Source: Escherichia coli (lineage in GTDB: Bacteria > Pseudomonadota > Gammaproteobacteria > Enterobacterales > Enterobacteriaceae). From it: a stretch of DNA of 64,000 bases. The notes under the pieces were generated by a model that saw only the letters and a list, made by a program, of their open reading frames with translations, did no database searches and was not told the DNA's origin. Location: assembly GCF_003334815.1 (NCBI RefSeq), contig NZ_QOWO01000015.1; one strand, written 5' to 3'. The translations under genes were made by a program, and so were the position numbers. Shown one piece after another: positions 1 through 12,358 of the stretch (positions are counted from its first letter, which is position 1; each line of letters opens with the position of its first letter).

Positions 1-77
1 TGTTTTTGTCATGTGAGTCACCTCTGACTGAGAGTTTACTCACTTAGCCGCGTGTCCACTATTGCTGGGTAAGATCA
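1..77 (-). mobile_element. IS3: IS3 terminal end (partial; element continues beyond window start), including the start of the IS3 orfA (insE)
   Basis: Reverse complement of 1-77 reads TGATCTTACCCAGCAATAGTGGACACGCGGCTAAGTGAGTAAACTCTCAGTCAGAGGTGACTCACATGACAAAAACA, which I recognise as the IS3 terminal inverted repeat followed by the orfA ATG. Confidence 0.75.
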
Positions 78-421
78 GTGCCTGGCACACGCGTTTGATG
101 GAAGACGGCGTTCAGGCAATGCGCGATTATCTTGCCGGACTGGATATCGCTTCGCCAGAGCATCAGGTTCTGATGAACGTAACAGCAAAAAGCGAGGTCG
201 CTCCGTCAATTATCAAAGAAAATCTCTCATTACACTTAACTCATACGGTGAAATGGACTGAATCTCTCGATACATTTCTGAATATGCCAACCCCGGTAGC
301 TTTCCTTGAAATAAGTAATAAGCCCTATTTGGGGAATATGTTAAATGATTTTGCTGGCGTGGATCAGCAACGAGTTATGCATTGTCGTAAAGCATTTAGT
401 GATGCAAAGGTATTCAAATGA
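62..421 (+). pseudogene. ymdE: ymdE: acyltransferase-like C-terminal fragment, 5' part displaced by the IS3 insertion
   Basis: 119-aa ORF with no proper ATG (TTG inside the IS3 end); translation resembles the C-terminal part of malonyl-CoA:ACP transacylase-like proteins; stop overlaps ycdU start. Confidence 0.55.
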
Positions 422-1404
422 TTCCTGATTATTTAACTTTTATTCGCTTTCAGGATAAACGAAATCTGATATACATTTATGCTATTGGACTTATTCTGAT
501 AGGCTTTTATTGGAAGAATGCAGGGTTTACTTTTCCATCAGAGGATATTGGTGTAGTTAGTGGGATTCTGGCTCTGGTGCTGTATAATTTTATTTTTGAT
601 CTCAAGGCGTACTGGGCTTATAAATGCGTCACGAAGAATATCGATTTTTCGTGGTTTAAGAAAAAGCAGAACCACAAAATAGAATTATTTCTTACACAAC
701 CTCTGGTGGCAGGATTTCTGTCGTTAATCATGTTGAGTGCAATGAGTTGGGGGCTATACCAGCTTCTACCCTCGTTATATGCGCTGTTCCTGATTTCGTT
801 ACTTGGGCCGTTGGTCATCTTTCTGCTGTTTCGGATGATCCGCACCAGTTATGTCAAGCAGGTCGCTATTTCAGTAGCGAAAAAAGTAAAATATAAAAGT
901 CTGACTCGCTATGTGCTGCTTTCGGTGTGCATCTCAACGGTTGTTAACCTGCTTACTATCAGCCCGTTGCGTAACAGTGATTCTTTTGTGACAGAGGGGC
1001 AGTGGTTAACGTTTAAATCGATAATTGCATTGCTCATTCTTTGTGGCGTAGTGTTGGCGATTAATCTGTTTTTTCTGCGCTTCTCCAAGCGGTACGCTTT
1101 TCTGGGCAGGCTTTTTTTGCAGGAAATCGATCTGTTTTTCTCCAGTGAAAATGCGTTGTCGACCTTTTTTGCCAAGCCGCTTTGGCTTCGGTTATTCATA
1201 TTGCTGGTTATTGAAGTGATGTGGATTACGCTGGTGTCGGTATTGGCAACGCTTGTAGAATGGCGGATTTGGTTTGAAGCCTATTTTTTACTCTGCTATG
1301 TACCGTGCTTAATTTACTATTTTTTCTATTGTCGATTCCTCTGGCATAACGATTTTATGATGGCATGTGACATGTATTTCCGTTGGGGGCATTTTAATAA
1401 GTGA
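418..1404 (+). CDS. ycdU: Inner membrane protein of unknown function YcdU (328 aa), AT-rich, multiple hydrophobic segments
   Basis: 987-bp ORF; hydrophobic translation; ATGA overlap with ymdE stop. Confidence 0.85.
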
Positions 1405-1536
1405 GGAAGTGATAGGAAGTGACCAGATAATACATATATGTTCTGTACTCTCTTGCGCATTTTGATTGTTGACTGAGTAACCAGACAGTTGATGTGCACG
1501 ATTTCCCCTCGCCCTAACAGACGTGGGCGGGGGCAC

Positions 1537-2156
1537 CCGGTGTGTGCAATATACGAAAAAAAAGCCCGTACTTTCGTACGAGCTCTTCTTTAAATATGGC
1601 GGTGAGGGGGGGATTGACTCGCTTCGCTCGCCCTGCGGGCAGCCCGCTCACTGCGTTCACGGTCTGTCCAACTGGCTGTCGCCAGTTGTCGAACCCCGGT
1701 CGGGGCTTCTCATCCCCCCGGTGTGTGCAATATACGAAAAAAAAGCCCGTACTTTCGTACGAGCTCTTCTTTAAATATGGCGGTGAGGGGGGGATTGACT
1801 CGCTTCGCTCGCCCTGCGGGCAGCCCGCTCACTGCGTTCACGGTCTGTCCAACTGGCTGTCGCCAGTTGTCGAACCCCGGTCGGGGCTTCTCATCCCCCC
1901 GGTGTGTGCAATATACGAAAAAAAAGCCCGTACTTTCGTACGAGCTCTTCTTTAAATATGGCGGTGAGGGGGGGATTGACTCGCTTCGCTCGCCCTGCGG
2001 GCAGCCCGCTCACTGCGTTCACGGTCTGTCCAACTGGCTGTCGCCAGTTGTCGAACCCCGGTCGGGGCTTCTCATCCCCCCGGTGTGTGCAATATACGAA
2101 AAAAAAGCCCGTACTTTCGTACGAGCTCTTCTTTAAATATGGCGGTGAGGGGGGGA
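1537..2156. repeat. Tandem direct repeat array, 181-bp unit x about 3.4 copies, apparently identical copies, ending in the 3' end of serX
   Basis: Identical ORF translations restart at 1542, 1723, 1904 and 2085 (period 181); each unit contains tggcggtgaggggggatt (a copy of the tRNA-Ser 3' end) and the hairpin gcccgtactttcgtacgagc with an A/T run. Confidence 0.9.
2096..2139 (-). terminator. Rho-independent terminator of serX (hairpin plus T-run on the minus strand); the same hairpin recurs in each 181-bp repeat unit
   Basis: Minus strand reads gagctcgtacgaaagtacgggc followed by tttttttt immediately 3' of the tRNA. Confidence 0.6.
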
Positions 2157-2227
2157 TTCGAACCCCCGATACGTTGCCGTATACACACTTTCCAGGCGTG
2201 CTCCTTCAGCCACTCGGACACCTCACC
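2140..2227 (-). tRNA. serX: tRNA-Ser (anticodon GGA), 88 nt with long variable arm
   Basis: Reverse complement GGTGAGGTGTCCGAGTGGCTGAAGGAGCACGCCTGGAAAGTGTGTATACGGCAACGTATCGGGGGTTCGAATCCCCC...CACCGCCA; T-loop GGTTCGAATCC, CCA end, GGA anticodon. Confidence 0.95.
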
Positions 2228-2421
2228 AAATTGTCGTTCCTGTCTTGCTGGAACGGGCGCTAATTTAGGGAAATCATGACCTGAGGTCAACAAACTTTTT
2301 GAAAAAATCGCGCGTTTATTCAAACTTCAATCAATGTGTGGTTTTAATAAGCGAAATCTGCTTTTTTTGCCACCGACCACGGATTTGTTATGCTGGTGGC
2401 CTTTGTAGATCATAATGATAA

Positions 2422-3399
<978 letters not shown>

Positions 3400-3453
3400 T
3401 AAAGCATCAGGATTCCTGCTATCCTTGGCGGGAATTGAATACAGGAGAGAGTT

Positions 3454-4191
3454 ATGTATCCCGTCGACCTTCATATGCATACCGTTGCCAGCACACATGC
3501 ATATAGCACATTAAGTGATTACATTGCCCAGGCCAAACAAAAGGGCATTAAACTTTTTGCGATCACCGATCATGGCCCGGATATGGAAGATGCGCCGCAT
3601 CACTGGCACTTCATTAACATGCGTATCTGGCCGCGAGTGGTTGATGGGGTAGGGATCCTGCGCGGCATCGAAGCTAACATTAAAAATGTTGATGGTGAAA
3701 TTGACTGCAGCGGTAAAATGTTTGACTCGCTGGATCTAATTATTGCCGGTTTTCATGAGCCGGTTTTTGCGCCACATGACAAAGCGACCAATACACAAGC
3801 GATGATCGCCACTATCGCCAGCGGCAATGTGCATATAATAAGCCATCCCGGAAATCCCAAATATGAAATAGATGTGAAAGCCGTTGCTGAAGCAGCCGCG
3901 AAACATCAGGTGGCGCTGGAAATCAATAATTCCTCATTTTTACACTCACGTAAGGGCAGTGAAGACAACTGTCGTGAGGTAGCCGCAGCGGTACGTGATG
4001 CTGGAGGTTGGGTGGCATTAGGCTCGGATTCTCACACCGCGTTTACCATGGGGGAATTTGAAGAGTGTCTTAAAATCCTCGACGCGGTAGATTTTCCGCC
4101 AGAGCGCATTTTGAATGTTTCTCCGCGCCGCTTACTGAACTTCCTTGAATCTCGCGGTATGGCACCGATTGCGGAATTTGCAGACCTTTAA
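3454..4191 (+). CDS. ycdX: PHP-family zinc phosphatase YcdX, 245 aa
   Basis: Translation [20 protein letters not shown]... with PHP-domain His motifs. Confidence 0.9.
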   Translation: MYPVDLHMHTVASTHAYSTLSDYIAQAKQKGIKLFAITDHGPDMEDAPHHWHFINMRIWPRVVDGVGILRGIEANIKNVDGEIDCSGKMFDSLDLIIAGFHEPVFAPHDKATNTQAMIATIASGNVHIISHPGNPKYEIDVKAVAEAAAKHQVALEINNSSFLHSRKGSEDNCREVAAAVRDAGGWVALGSDSHTAFTMGEFEECLKILDAVDFPPERILNVSPRRLLNFLESRGMAPIAEFADL

Positions 4192-4214
4192 TTACTAGTA
4201 ATGGAAATATATTA

Positions 4215-4769
4215 ATGAACGAGTTTTCTATCCTCTGTCGTGTGCTGGGTTCGCTCTATTACCGCCAACCACAAGATCCTTTACTGGTGCCGCTGTTTAC
4301 CCTGATTCGTGAGGGGAAATTGGCTGCGAACTGGCCACTGGAGCAGGATGAGTTGCTGACACGTTTGCAGAAAAGCTGTGATATGACGCAAGTCTCTGCC
4401 GATTACAATGCGTTGTTTATCGGCGATGAATGTGCTGTGCCGCCATATCGTAGCGCATGGGTTGAGGGCGCGACGGAAGCGGAAGTGCGCGCTTTTCTTT
4501 CTGAGCGAGGGATGCCATTAGCGGATACGCCAGCCGATCACATCGGCACATTGCTGCTCGCAGCTTCCTGGCTGGAAGATCAGTCAACGGAAGATGAGAG
4601 CGAAGCACTGGAAACACTGTTCAGTGAGTATCTGTTACCCTGGTGTGGTGCGTTCCTTGGCAAAGTGGAGGCCCATGCAACCACGCCTTTCTGGCGCACC
4701 ATGGCACCGCTAACCCGCGATGCCATTAGTGCAATGTGGGACGAGCTGGAAGAAGATTCTGAAGAATAA
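4215..4769 (+). CDS. ycdY: TorD-family redox enzyme maturation chaperone YcdY, 184 aa
   Basis: 184-aa ORF immediately downstream of ycdX; recognised translation. Confidence 0.85.
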   Translation: MNEFSILCRVLGSLYYRQPQDPLLVPLFTLIREGKLAANWPLEQDELLTRLQKSCDMTQVSADYNALFIGDECAVPPYRSAWVEGATEAEVRAFLSERGMPLADTPADHIGTLLLAASWLEDQSTEDESEALETLFSEYLLPWCGAFLGKVEAHATTPFWRTMAPLTRDAISAMWDELEEDSEE

Positions 4770-4870
4770 GTGTGATCTACGTCACTCATAACTGCAACGG
4801 ATAATTTGTTGTTGCATAAAATGTGTGCTCGATCTCATTCATGGCCGCGTTTTCTGCTATCATGCGCGGC

Positions 4871-5362
4871 ATGAACATACTTCTCTCTATTGCAATCACA
4901 ACAGGCATTCTCTCCGGTATCTGGGGATGGGTGGCTGTTTCCCTGGGCTTACTAAGCTGGGCGGGCTTCCTGGGCTGTACGGCCTACTTTGCCTGCCCGC
5001 AAGGTGGGCTGAAAGGGCTGGCGATCTCCGCTGCAACCCTGCTTAGTGGCGTGGTGTGGGCGATGGTCATTATTTACGGTAGTGCACTGGCACCACATCT
5101 GGAAATTCTCGGTTATGTCATAACCGGTATTGTCGCGTTTCTGATGTGTATTCAGGCCAAACAGCTGCTGCTTTCATTTGTTCCGGGGACGTTTATAGGC
5201 GCATGCGCGACGTTTGCCGGGCAGGGTGACTGGAAACTGGTGTTACCTTCGCTGGCGCTTGGGCTGATATTTGGTTACGCAATGAAAAACAGTGGCCTGT
5301 GGCTGGCGGCGCGTAGTGCAAAGACGGCGCACCGTGAGCAGGAAATCAAAAATAAAGCGTGA
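4871..5362 (+). CDS. ycdZ: Inner membrane protein YcdZ (DUF1097), 163 aa
   Basis: ORF 4823-5362; internal ATG at 4871 (MNILLSIAITTG...) gives the 163-aa hydrophobic protein. Confidence 0.8.
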   Translation: MNILLSIAITTGILSGIWGWVAVSLGLLSWAGFLGCTAYFACPQGGLKGLAISAATLLSGVVWAMVIIYGSALAPHLEILGYVITGIVAFLMCIQAKQLLLSFVPGTFIGACATFAGQGDWKLVLPSLALGLIFGYAMKNSGLWLAARSAKTAHREQEIKNKA

Positions 5363-5425
5363 GGGGCACTCACGCTTTCGCTTAAACAGTAAAATGCCGG
5401 ATGATAATTCCGGCTTTTTTATCTG

Positions 5426-6259
5426 TCAGGATTCCGGTGGAACCGACATATGGCGGTATTTCACCAGAATGTCATTCTGCCGTTCTGCTTTATTTTGCAA
5501 ATCCCACAGACCACGGTCGATACCATCATTAATCAGGAAAATGACCCCTGTTTCGATAGCCGACATCAGGCACAGCATAACAGGTTCGTTCGAGGTGTAA
5601 CCCACTTCCCCTTCAAGCAAGCGCTGGTAGTCAATAAAGCGGAAAACCCCGGCCTGAACTTCATAGGAAAGTATCGTCTTACTGGTGTTCACCGAAGAAA
5701 GGATCTCGCCGGTACTCACATTGACGACGCGCAGGTTCACGGCAATCTGATCGAGCTGGTATTGCGTGTCGGCACCGATGCCAAAATATCTTGCCCCAAC
5801 CCCGCCAGATTTGACGTTGCTTTCATAACCGATAATCGAACCTTCAACCATGATATTTGCCGCCGTTAAAGATTGCAGCGGGATTCGGTTATTAATGGCA
5901 ACCGTGCCGTTTTCTTGTGCCGCACGAATAATCTTGCGCTCGTTAAGCAGGTTTTGTAAGCCCTGGCGCTCCAGCGGTATAAACCAGCGAGAATCTTTCA
6001 GTGCCGTGACCAGCATTGCCGTGGCGCTTTGCGGAACAGCAGTGGAGAAGTTACTTGCCGGGTAGGGTTTAAATTGCCCGGTTTCGTCCTGAATGTTGTA
6101 TACCGAAACAAAGATTTTACCCGTCGGCGCTGGCAGATGGGTCAAATCTTTGTAGCTCTGAGCACGAGGCATTAATGTCGGTCTGGCGGCTTCTTTAGGC
6201 GGGGCGGTTAAGCATCCGCTCAGTAACATGACGGCAACCAAAAGAAATAAGCGCTGCAT
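5426..6259 (-). CDS. csgG: Curli secretion channel lipoprotein CsgG, 277 aa
   Basis: Translation MQRLFLLVAVMLLSGC... with lipobox; position in csgDEFG operon. Confidence 0.95.
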   Translation of the reverse strand: MQRLFLLVAVMLLSGCLTAPPKEAARPTLMPRAQSYKDLTHLPAPTGKIFVSVYNIQDETGQFKPYPASNFSTAVPQSATAMLVTALKDSRWFIPLERQGLQNLLNERKIIRAAQENGTVAINNRIPLQSLTAANIMVEGSIIGYESNVKSGGVGARYFGIGADTQYQLDQIAVNLRVVNVSTGEILSSVNTSKTILSYEVQAGVFRFIDYQRLLEGEVGYTSNEPVMLCLMSAIETGVIFLINDGIDRGLWDLQNKAERQNDILVKYRHMSVPPES

Positions 6260-6285
6260 GATTATTTTCCTTATGAAGCTGGGGC

Positions 6286-6702
6286 TTAAAAATCGGTTGA
6301 GTTATTTTGTAAACCCGAAACCTGGATGGTCGAGGTTTGTCCGGTTTTACGATCTGTCACGTTCAACTGCAATTGACCATCGCGGTTGGCAATATCGACA
6401 ATATAATCGTTGGTCACCATGCGGCCCGGTTTACCGGTATTAATATTCGACAGTAGCCCACCTAAAATTTGTGACTGGATGGCCTGAGTAAAGTTATCTA
6501 ACGCTGAGGGTGTTTCAATACCAAAGTCATCGTTATAGCTCGGATCTTTATAAGAGTTTTGGGCCTGAGCGCTATTTAATAAAAAAGCGCCATTATTTGG
6601 GTTACCACCAAAGTTTGGATTACGGAACTGGAAAGTCATGGTTCCAGCCCAACTTAATGGCGAAATAAGCATGAGTAGAACTACTGCATGTTTGACACGC
6701 AT
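6286..6702 (-). CDS. csgF: Curli assembly component CsgF, 138 aa
   Basis: Recognised translation [38 protein letters not shown]... Confidence 0.95.
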
Positions 6703-6726
6703 TGCAGCCTCCGAACAATTTTTTAT

Positions 6727-7116
6727 TTAGAATTCATCATGCGCCAAATCGCCCGTACTTAATAACGCCTGATTTATCTGGCGACGATTTAGTGCTTCTT
6801 CAGTTTGAATCAGTGCAAAGACGACAGTTTTCTCGAAGTCTCTTTTCAACGGAAATAAAAAAGTCTGGAAAATAACGTCCTGATTGACCGTTATAGTGAT
6901 CCAGCTTCCCCATCGTGCACTGGGCCTTTCATTAATCGTTAAGTTACCCGTATAGTCACTTTCCCATTTATCACTAAAGGCTCGGTAAAAATCATGGCCA
7001 ATAGATGAAACAGTATGGTCAGTTAGCAATCCCGGGACTTCTACCTCAACGGCGTGAAGATTCCCTGCGGCGAACAGAAATTCTGCCGCCACAATCCAGC
7101 GTAAATAACGTTTCAT
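6727..7116 (-). CDS. csgE: Curli secretion specificity factor CsgE, 129 aa
   Basis: Recognised translation [31 protein letters not shown]... Confidence 0.95.
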
Positions 7117-7120
7117 GGCT

Positions 7121-7771
<651 letters not shown>

Positions 7772-8525
7772 GATGAAACCCCGCTTTTTTTATTGATCGC
7801 ACACCTGACAGCTGCCTCTAAAATAGAAGCACCAGAAGTACTGACAGATGTTGCACTGCTGTGTGTAGTAATAAATCAGCCCTAAATGGGTAAAATATAA
7901 AACTAATGGATTACATCTGATTTCAATCTAGCCATTACAAATCTTAAATCAAGTGTTAAACATGTAACTAAATGTAACTCGTTATATTAAAATGTTAACT
8001 TTAAGGTTTTATTAAGTTTAGAAATGATAGAAAAGTTGTACATTTGGTTTTTATTGCACAATTTTAAAAAATCATACAAATGGTGATAACTTACTAATAA
8101 TGCATATAAAAAATATTTCGGTGTAGTCCTTTCGTCATGTAAAACGTTCTTGTTTTTTCTCCACACCTCCGTGGACAATTTTTTACTGCAAAAAGACGAG
8201 GTTTGTCACGGCTTGTGCGCAAGACATATCGCAGCAATCAGCGACGGGCAAGAAGAATGACTGTCTGGTGCTTTTTGATAGCGGAAAACGGAGATTTAAA
8301 AGAAAACAAAATATTTTTTTGCGTAGATAACAGCGTATTTACGTGGGTTTTAATACTTTGGTATGAACTAAAAAAGAAAAATACAACGCGCGGGTGAGTT
8401 ATTAAAAATATTTCCGCAGACATACTTTCCATCGTAACGCAGCGTTAACAAAATACAGGTTGCGTTAACAACCAAGTTGAAATGATTTAATTTCTTAAAT
8501 GTACGACCAGGTCCAGGGTGACAAC
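7772..8525. promoter_or_regulatory. Divergent csgD/csgB intergenic control region (long, AT-rich; contains the csgDEFG and csgBAC promoters and the csgD 5' UTR)
   Basis: 754-bp non-coding AT-rich gap between divergent csgD and csgB; known from the literature as a multi-regulator hub. Confidence 0.8.
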
Positions 8526-8981
8526 ATGAAAAACAAATTGTTATTTATGATGTTAACAATACTGGGTGCGCCTGGGATTGCAGCCGCAGCAGGTTATGAT
8601 TTAGCTAATTCAGAATATAACTTCGCGGTAAATGAATTGAGTAAGTCTTCATTTAATCAGGCAGCCATAATTGGTCAAGCTGGGACTAATAATAGTGCTC
8701 AGTTACGGCAGGGAGGCTCAAAACTTTTGGCGGTTGTTGCGCAAGAAGGTAGTAGCAACCGGGCAAAGATTGACCAGACAGGAGATTATAACCTTGCATA
8801 TATTGATCAGGCGGGCAGTGCCAACGATGCCAGTATTTCGCAAGGTGCTTATGGTAATACTGCGATGATTATCCAGAAAGGTTCTGGTAATAAAGCAAAT
8901 ATTACACAGTATGGTACTCAAAAAACGGCAATTGTAGTGCAGAGACAGTCGCAAATGGCTATTCGCGTGACACAACGTTAA
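8526..8981 (+). CDS. csgB: Minor curlin / nucleator CsgB, 151 aa
   Basis: ORF 8499-8981; ATG at 8526 gives MKNKLLFMMLTILGAPGIAAA... with imperfect amyloid repeats. Confidence 0.95.
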   Translation: MKNKLLFMMLTILGAPGIAAAAGYDLANSEYNFAVNELSKSSFNQAAIIGQAGTNNSAQLRQGGSKLLAVVAQEGSSNRAKIDQTGDYNLAYIDQAGSANDASISQGAYGNTAMIIQKGSGNKANITQYGTQKTAIVVQRQSQMAIRVTQR

Positions 8982-9021
8982 TTTCCATTCGACTTTTAAA
9001 TCAATCCGATGGGGGTTTTAC

Positions 9022-9477
9022 ATGAAACTTTTAAAAGTAGCAGCAATTGCAGCAATCGTATTCTCCGGTAGCGCTCTGGCAGGTGTTGTTCCTCAGTACG
9101 GCGGCGGCGGTAACCACGGTGGTGGCGGTAATAATAGCGGCCCAAATTCTGAGCTGAACATTTACCAGTACGGTGGCGGTAACTCTGCACTTGCTCTGCA
9201 AACTGATGCCCGTAACTCTGACTTGACTATTACCCAGCATGGCGGCGGTAATGGTGCAGATGTTGGTCAGGGCTCAGATGACAGCTCAATCGATCTGACC
9301 CAACGTGGCTTCGGTAACAGCGCTACTCTTGATCAGTGGAACGGCAAAAATTCTGAAATGACGGTTAAACAGTTCGGTGGTGGCAACGGTGCTGCAGTTG
9401 ACCAGACTGCATCTAACTCCTCCGTCAACGTGACTCAGGTTGGCTTTGGTAACAACGCGACCGCTCATCAGTACTAA
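9022..9477 (+). CDS. csgA: Major curlin subunit CsgA, 151 aa
   Basis: Translation MKLLKVAAIAAIVFSGSALAGVVPQYGGGGNHGGGGNNSGPNSELNIYQYGGGNSALALQ... with five imperfect repeats. Confidence 0.97.
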   Translation: MKLLKVAAIAAIVFSGSALAGVVPQYGGGGNHGGGGNNSGPNSELNIYQYGGGNSALALQTDARNSDLTITQHGGGNGADVGQGSDDSSIDLTQRGFGNSATLDQWNGKNSEMTVKQFGGGNGAAVDQTASNSSVNVTQVGFGNNATAHQY

Positions 9478-9498
9478 TACATCATTTGTATTACAGAA

Positions 9499-9524
9499 AC
9501 AGGGCGCAAGCCCTGTTTTTTTTC
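9499..9524 (+). terminator. Rho-independent terminator downstream of csgA
   Basis: Hairpin acagggcgcaagccctgt followed by tttttttt. Confidence 0.7.
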
Positions 9525-9535
9525 GGGAGAAGAAT

Positions 9536-10300
<765 letters not shown>

Positions 10301-10394
10301 GTTTCTGAACAACTCACGTTGCTGAGCAGAAAAATGCGATTTAACCAAAAAGCCTGCTGTACACTTAAGAAACAAGAAGGTGTAAGGAGGCGTT

Positions 10395-10928
10395 ATGAAA
10401 ACGCGTATTCATGTTGTGCAGGGTGATATTACCAAACTGGCCGTTGATGTGATTGTGAATGCGGCTAATCCGTCATTAATGGGAGGCGGCGGCGTCGATG
10501 GGGCCATTCATCGCGCAGCGGGTCCGGCCCTGCTGGATGCTTGTTTAAAAGTCAGGCAACAGCAGGGCGATTGCCCTACGGGGCATGCCGTTATTACGCT
10601 TGCAGGCGATCTTCCCGCTAAAGCCGTAGTGCACACCGTCGGGCCAGTCTGGCGTGGTGGTGAACAAAACGAAGACCAGCTTTTGCAGGATGCCTATCTC
10701 AATAGCCTACGACTGGTGGCGGCAAACAGCTATACGTCAGTGGCTTTTCCTGCAATCAGTACTGGGGTTTATGGTTACCCTCGTGCGGCAGCGGCTGAAA
10801 TCGCAGTAAAAACCGTTTCAGAATTTATTACCCGTCACGCTTTACCCGAACAGGTATACTTTGTCTGTTATGATGAAGAAAACGCCCACCTCTACGAAAG
10901 ACTCCTTACCCAACAAGGAGATGAATGA
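10395..10928 (+). CDS. ymdB: Macrodomain O-acetyl-ADP-ribose deacetylase YmdB, 177 aa
   Basis: Translation [43 protein letters not shown]... (macro domain motifs). Confidence 0.92.
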
Positions 10929-12351
10929 TTTGCCCCGGCTGGCGAGCGCGGTGCTGCCACTGTGTTCGCAACATCCCGGTCAGTGTGGCCTTTTTCCTCT
11001 GGAGAAAAGTCTGGATGCGTTTGCCGCCCGGTATCGTCTGGCCGAAATGGCAGAGCATACGCTCGATGTTCAGTATTACATCTGGCAGGACGATATGTCG
11101 GGTCGGTTACTGTTTTCCGCCCTGTTAGCCGCAGCAAAGCGTGGCGTTCGCGTCCGTTTGTTGCTGGACGACAACAATACGCCCGGACTTGACGACATTT
11201 TACGCTTGCTTGACAGTCATCCACGCATTGAAGTCCGGCTTTTTAATCCTTTCTCGTTTCGCTTGCTGCGTCCGCTTGGTTATATCACCGACTTTTCCCG
11301 TCTTAATCGCCGTATGCACAATAAAAGTTTCACTGTCGATGGCGTGGTGACCCTGGTGGGAGGACGAAATATTGGTGATGCCTATTTTGGAGCAGGGGAG
11401 GAGCCACTTTTTTCGGATTTAGATGTCATGGCAATAGGACCCGTGGTAGAGGACGTTGCCGATGATTTCGCCCGCTACTGGTATTGCAAATCGGTTTCAC
11501 CCTTACAGCAGGTGCTGGATGTCCCGGAGGGTGAAATGGCGGATCGCATCGAGTTACCCGCCTCCTGGCATAACGATGCCATGACGCATCGTTATTTACG
11601 CAAAATGGAATCCAGTCCATTTATAAATCATCTGGTTGATGGAACATTGCCGCTTATCTGGGCGAAGACACGTTTATTAAGTGATGATCCGGCGAAAGGG
11701 GAGGGCAAGGCAAAACGGCATTCACTGTTACCGCAGCGCCTGTTCGATATCATGGGCTCACCCAGTGAACGCATCGATATTATCTCTTCCTATTTTGTAC
11801 CGACACGCGCAGGTGTGGCGCAACTCTTACGGATGGTGAGAAAAGGGGTAAAGATTGCGATCCTAACCAATTCTCTTGCCGCTAACGATGTTGCTGTCGT
11901 CCATGCCGGATACGCGCGCTGGCGCAAAAAATTGCTCCGCTATGGCGTGGAATTATATGAACTCAAGCCGACGCGTGAACAAAGTAGTACGTTACACGAT
12001 CGCGGCATAACCGGTAATTCCGGAGCCAGCCTGCATGCTAAAACCTTTAGCATCGATGGTAAAACGGTGTTTATCGGCTCTTTCAATTTCGATCCGCGTT
12101 CAACATTGCTCAATACTGAAATGGGCTTCGTGATAGAGAGCGAAACGCTGGCACAGTTAATTGATAAACGCTTTATTCAGAGCCAGTATGATGCGGCCTG
12201 GCAGCTCCGTCTGGACAGGTGGGGACGGATCAACTGGGTTGATCGTCATGCAAAGAAAGAGATTATTCTCAAAAAAGAACCCGCCACCAGTTTCTGGAAG
12301 CGGGTTATGGTCAGACTGGCGTCGATATTGCCCGTGGAATGGTTATTGTAA
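10921..12351 (+). CDS. clsC: Cardiolipin synthase C (phospholipase D family, two HKD motifs), about 475 aa
   Basis: ORF 10861-12351; ATG at 10921 overlaps the ymdB stop (ATGAATGA); HxK motifs in the translation; exact start uncertain. Confidence 0.85.
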   Translation: MNDLPRLASAVLPLCSQHPGQCGLFPLEKSLDAFAARYRLAEMAEHTLDVQYYIWQDDMSGRLLFSALLAAAKRGVRVRLLLDDNNTPGLDDILRLLDSHPRIEVRLFNPFSFRLLRPLGYITDFSRLNRRMHNKSFTVDGVVTLVGGRNIGDAYFGAGEEPLFSDLDVMAIGPVVEDVADDFARYWYCKSVSPLQQVLDVPEGEMADRIELPASWHNDAMTHRYLRKMESSPFINHLVDGTLPLIWAKTRLLSDDPAKGEGKAKRHSLLPQRLFDIMGSPSERIDIISSYFVPTRAGVAQLLRMVRKGVKIAILTNSLAANDVAVVHAGYARWRKKLLRYGVELYELKPTREQSSTLHDRGITGNSGASLHAKTFSIDGKTVFIGSFNFDPRSTLLNTEMGFVIESETLAQLIDKRFIQSQYDAAWQLRLDRWGRINWVDRHAKKEIILKKEPATSFWKRVMVRLASILPVEWLL

Positions 12352-12358
12352 ATGTGGC

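Noticed and set aside
1537-2156. Possibility that the repeat array is a CRISPR array
   Set aside because: Units are 181 bp and contiguous with no variable spacers between them, and no cas genes are nearby; this does not fit CRISPR architecture
1523-2279. Overlapping ORFs of 64-137 aa inside the serX-adjacent array (1523-1774, 1542-1955, 1723-2136, 1904-2263, 2085-2279)
   Set aside because: Their identical translations arise only because the DNA is a perfect tandem repeat; they run antisense through the tRNA and terminator copies and have no RBS or domain features
9022-9477. Gly/Asn/Gln-rich low-complexity sequence in csgA and csgB as a possible novel repeat protein
   Set aside because: These are the known imperfect amyloid repeats of the curlin subunits
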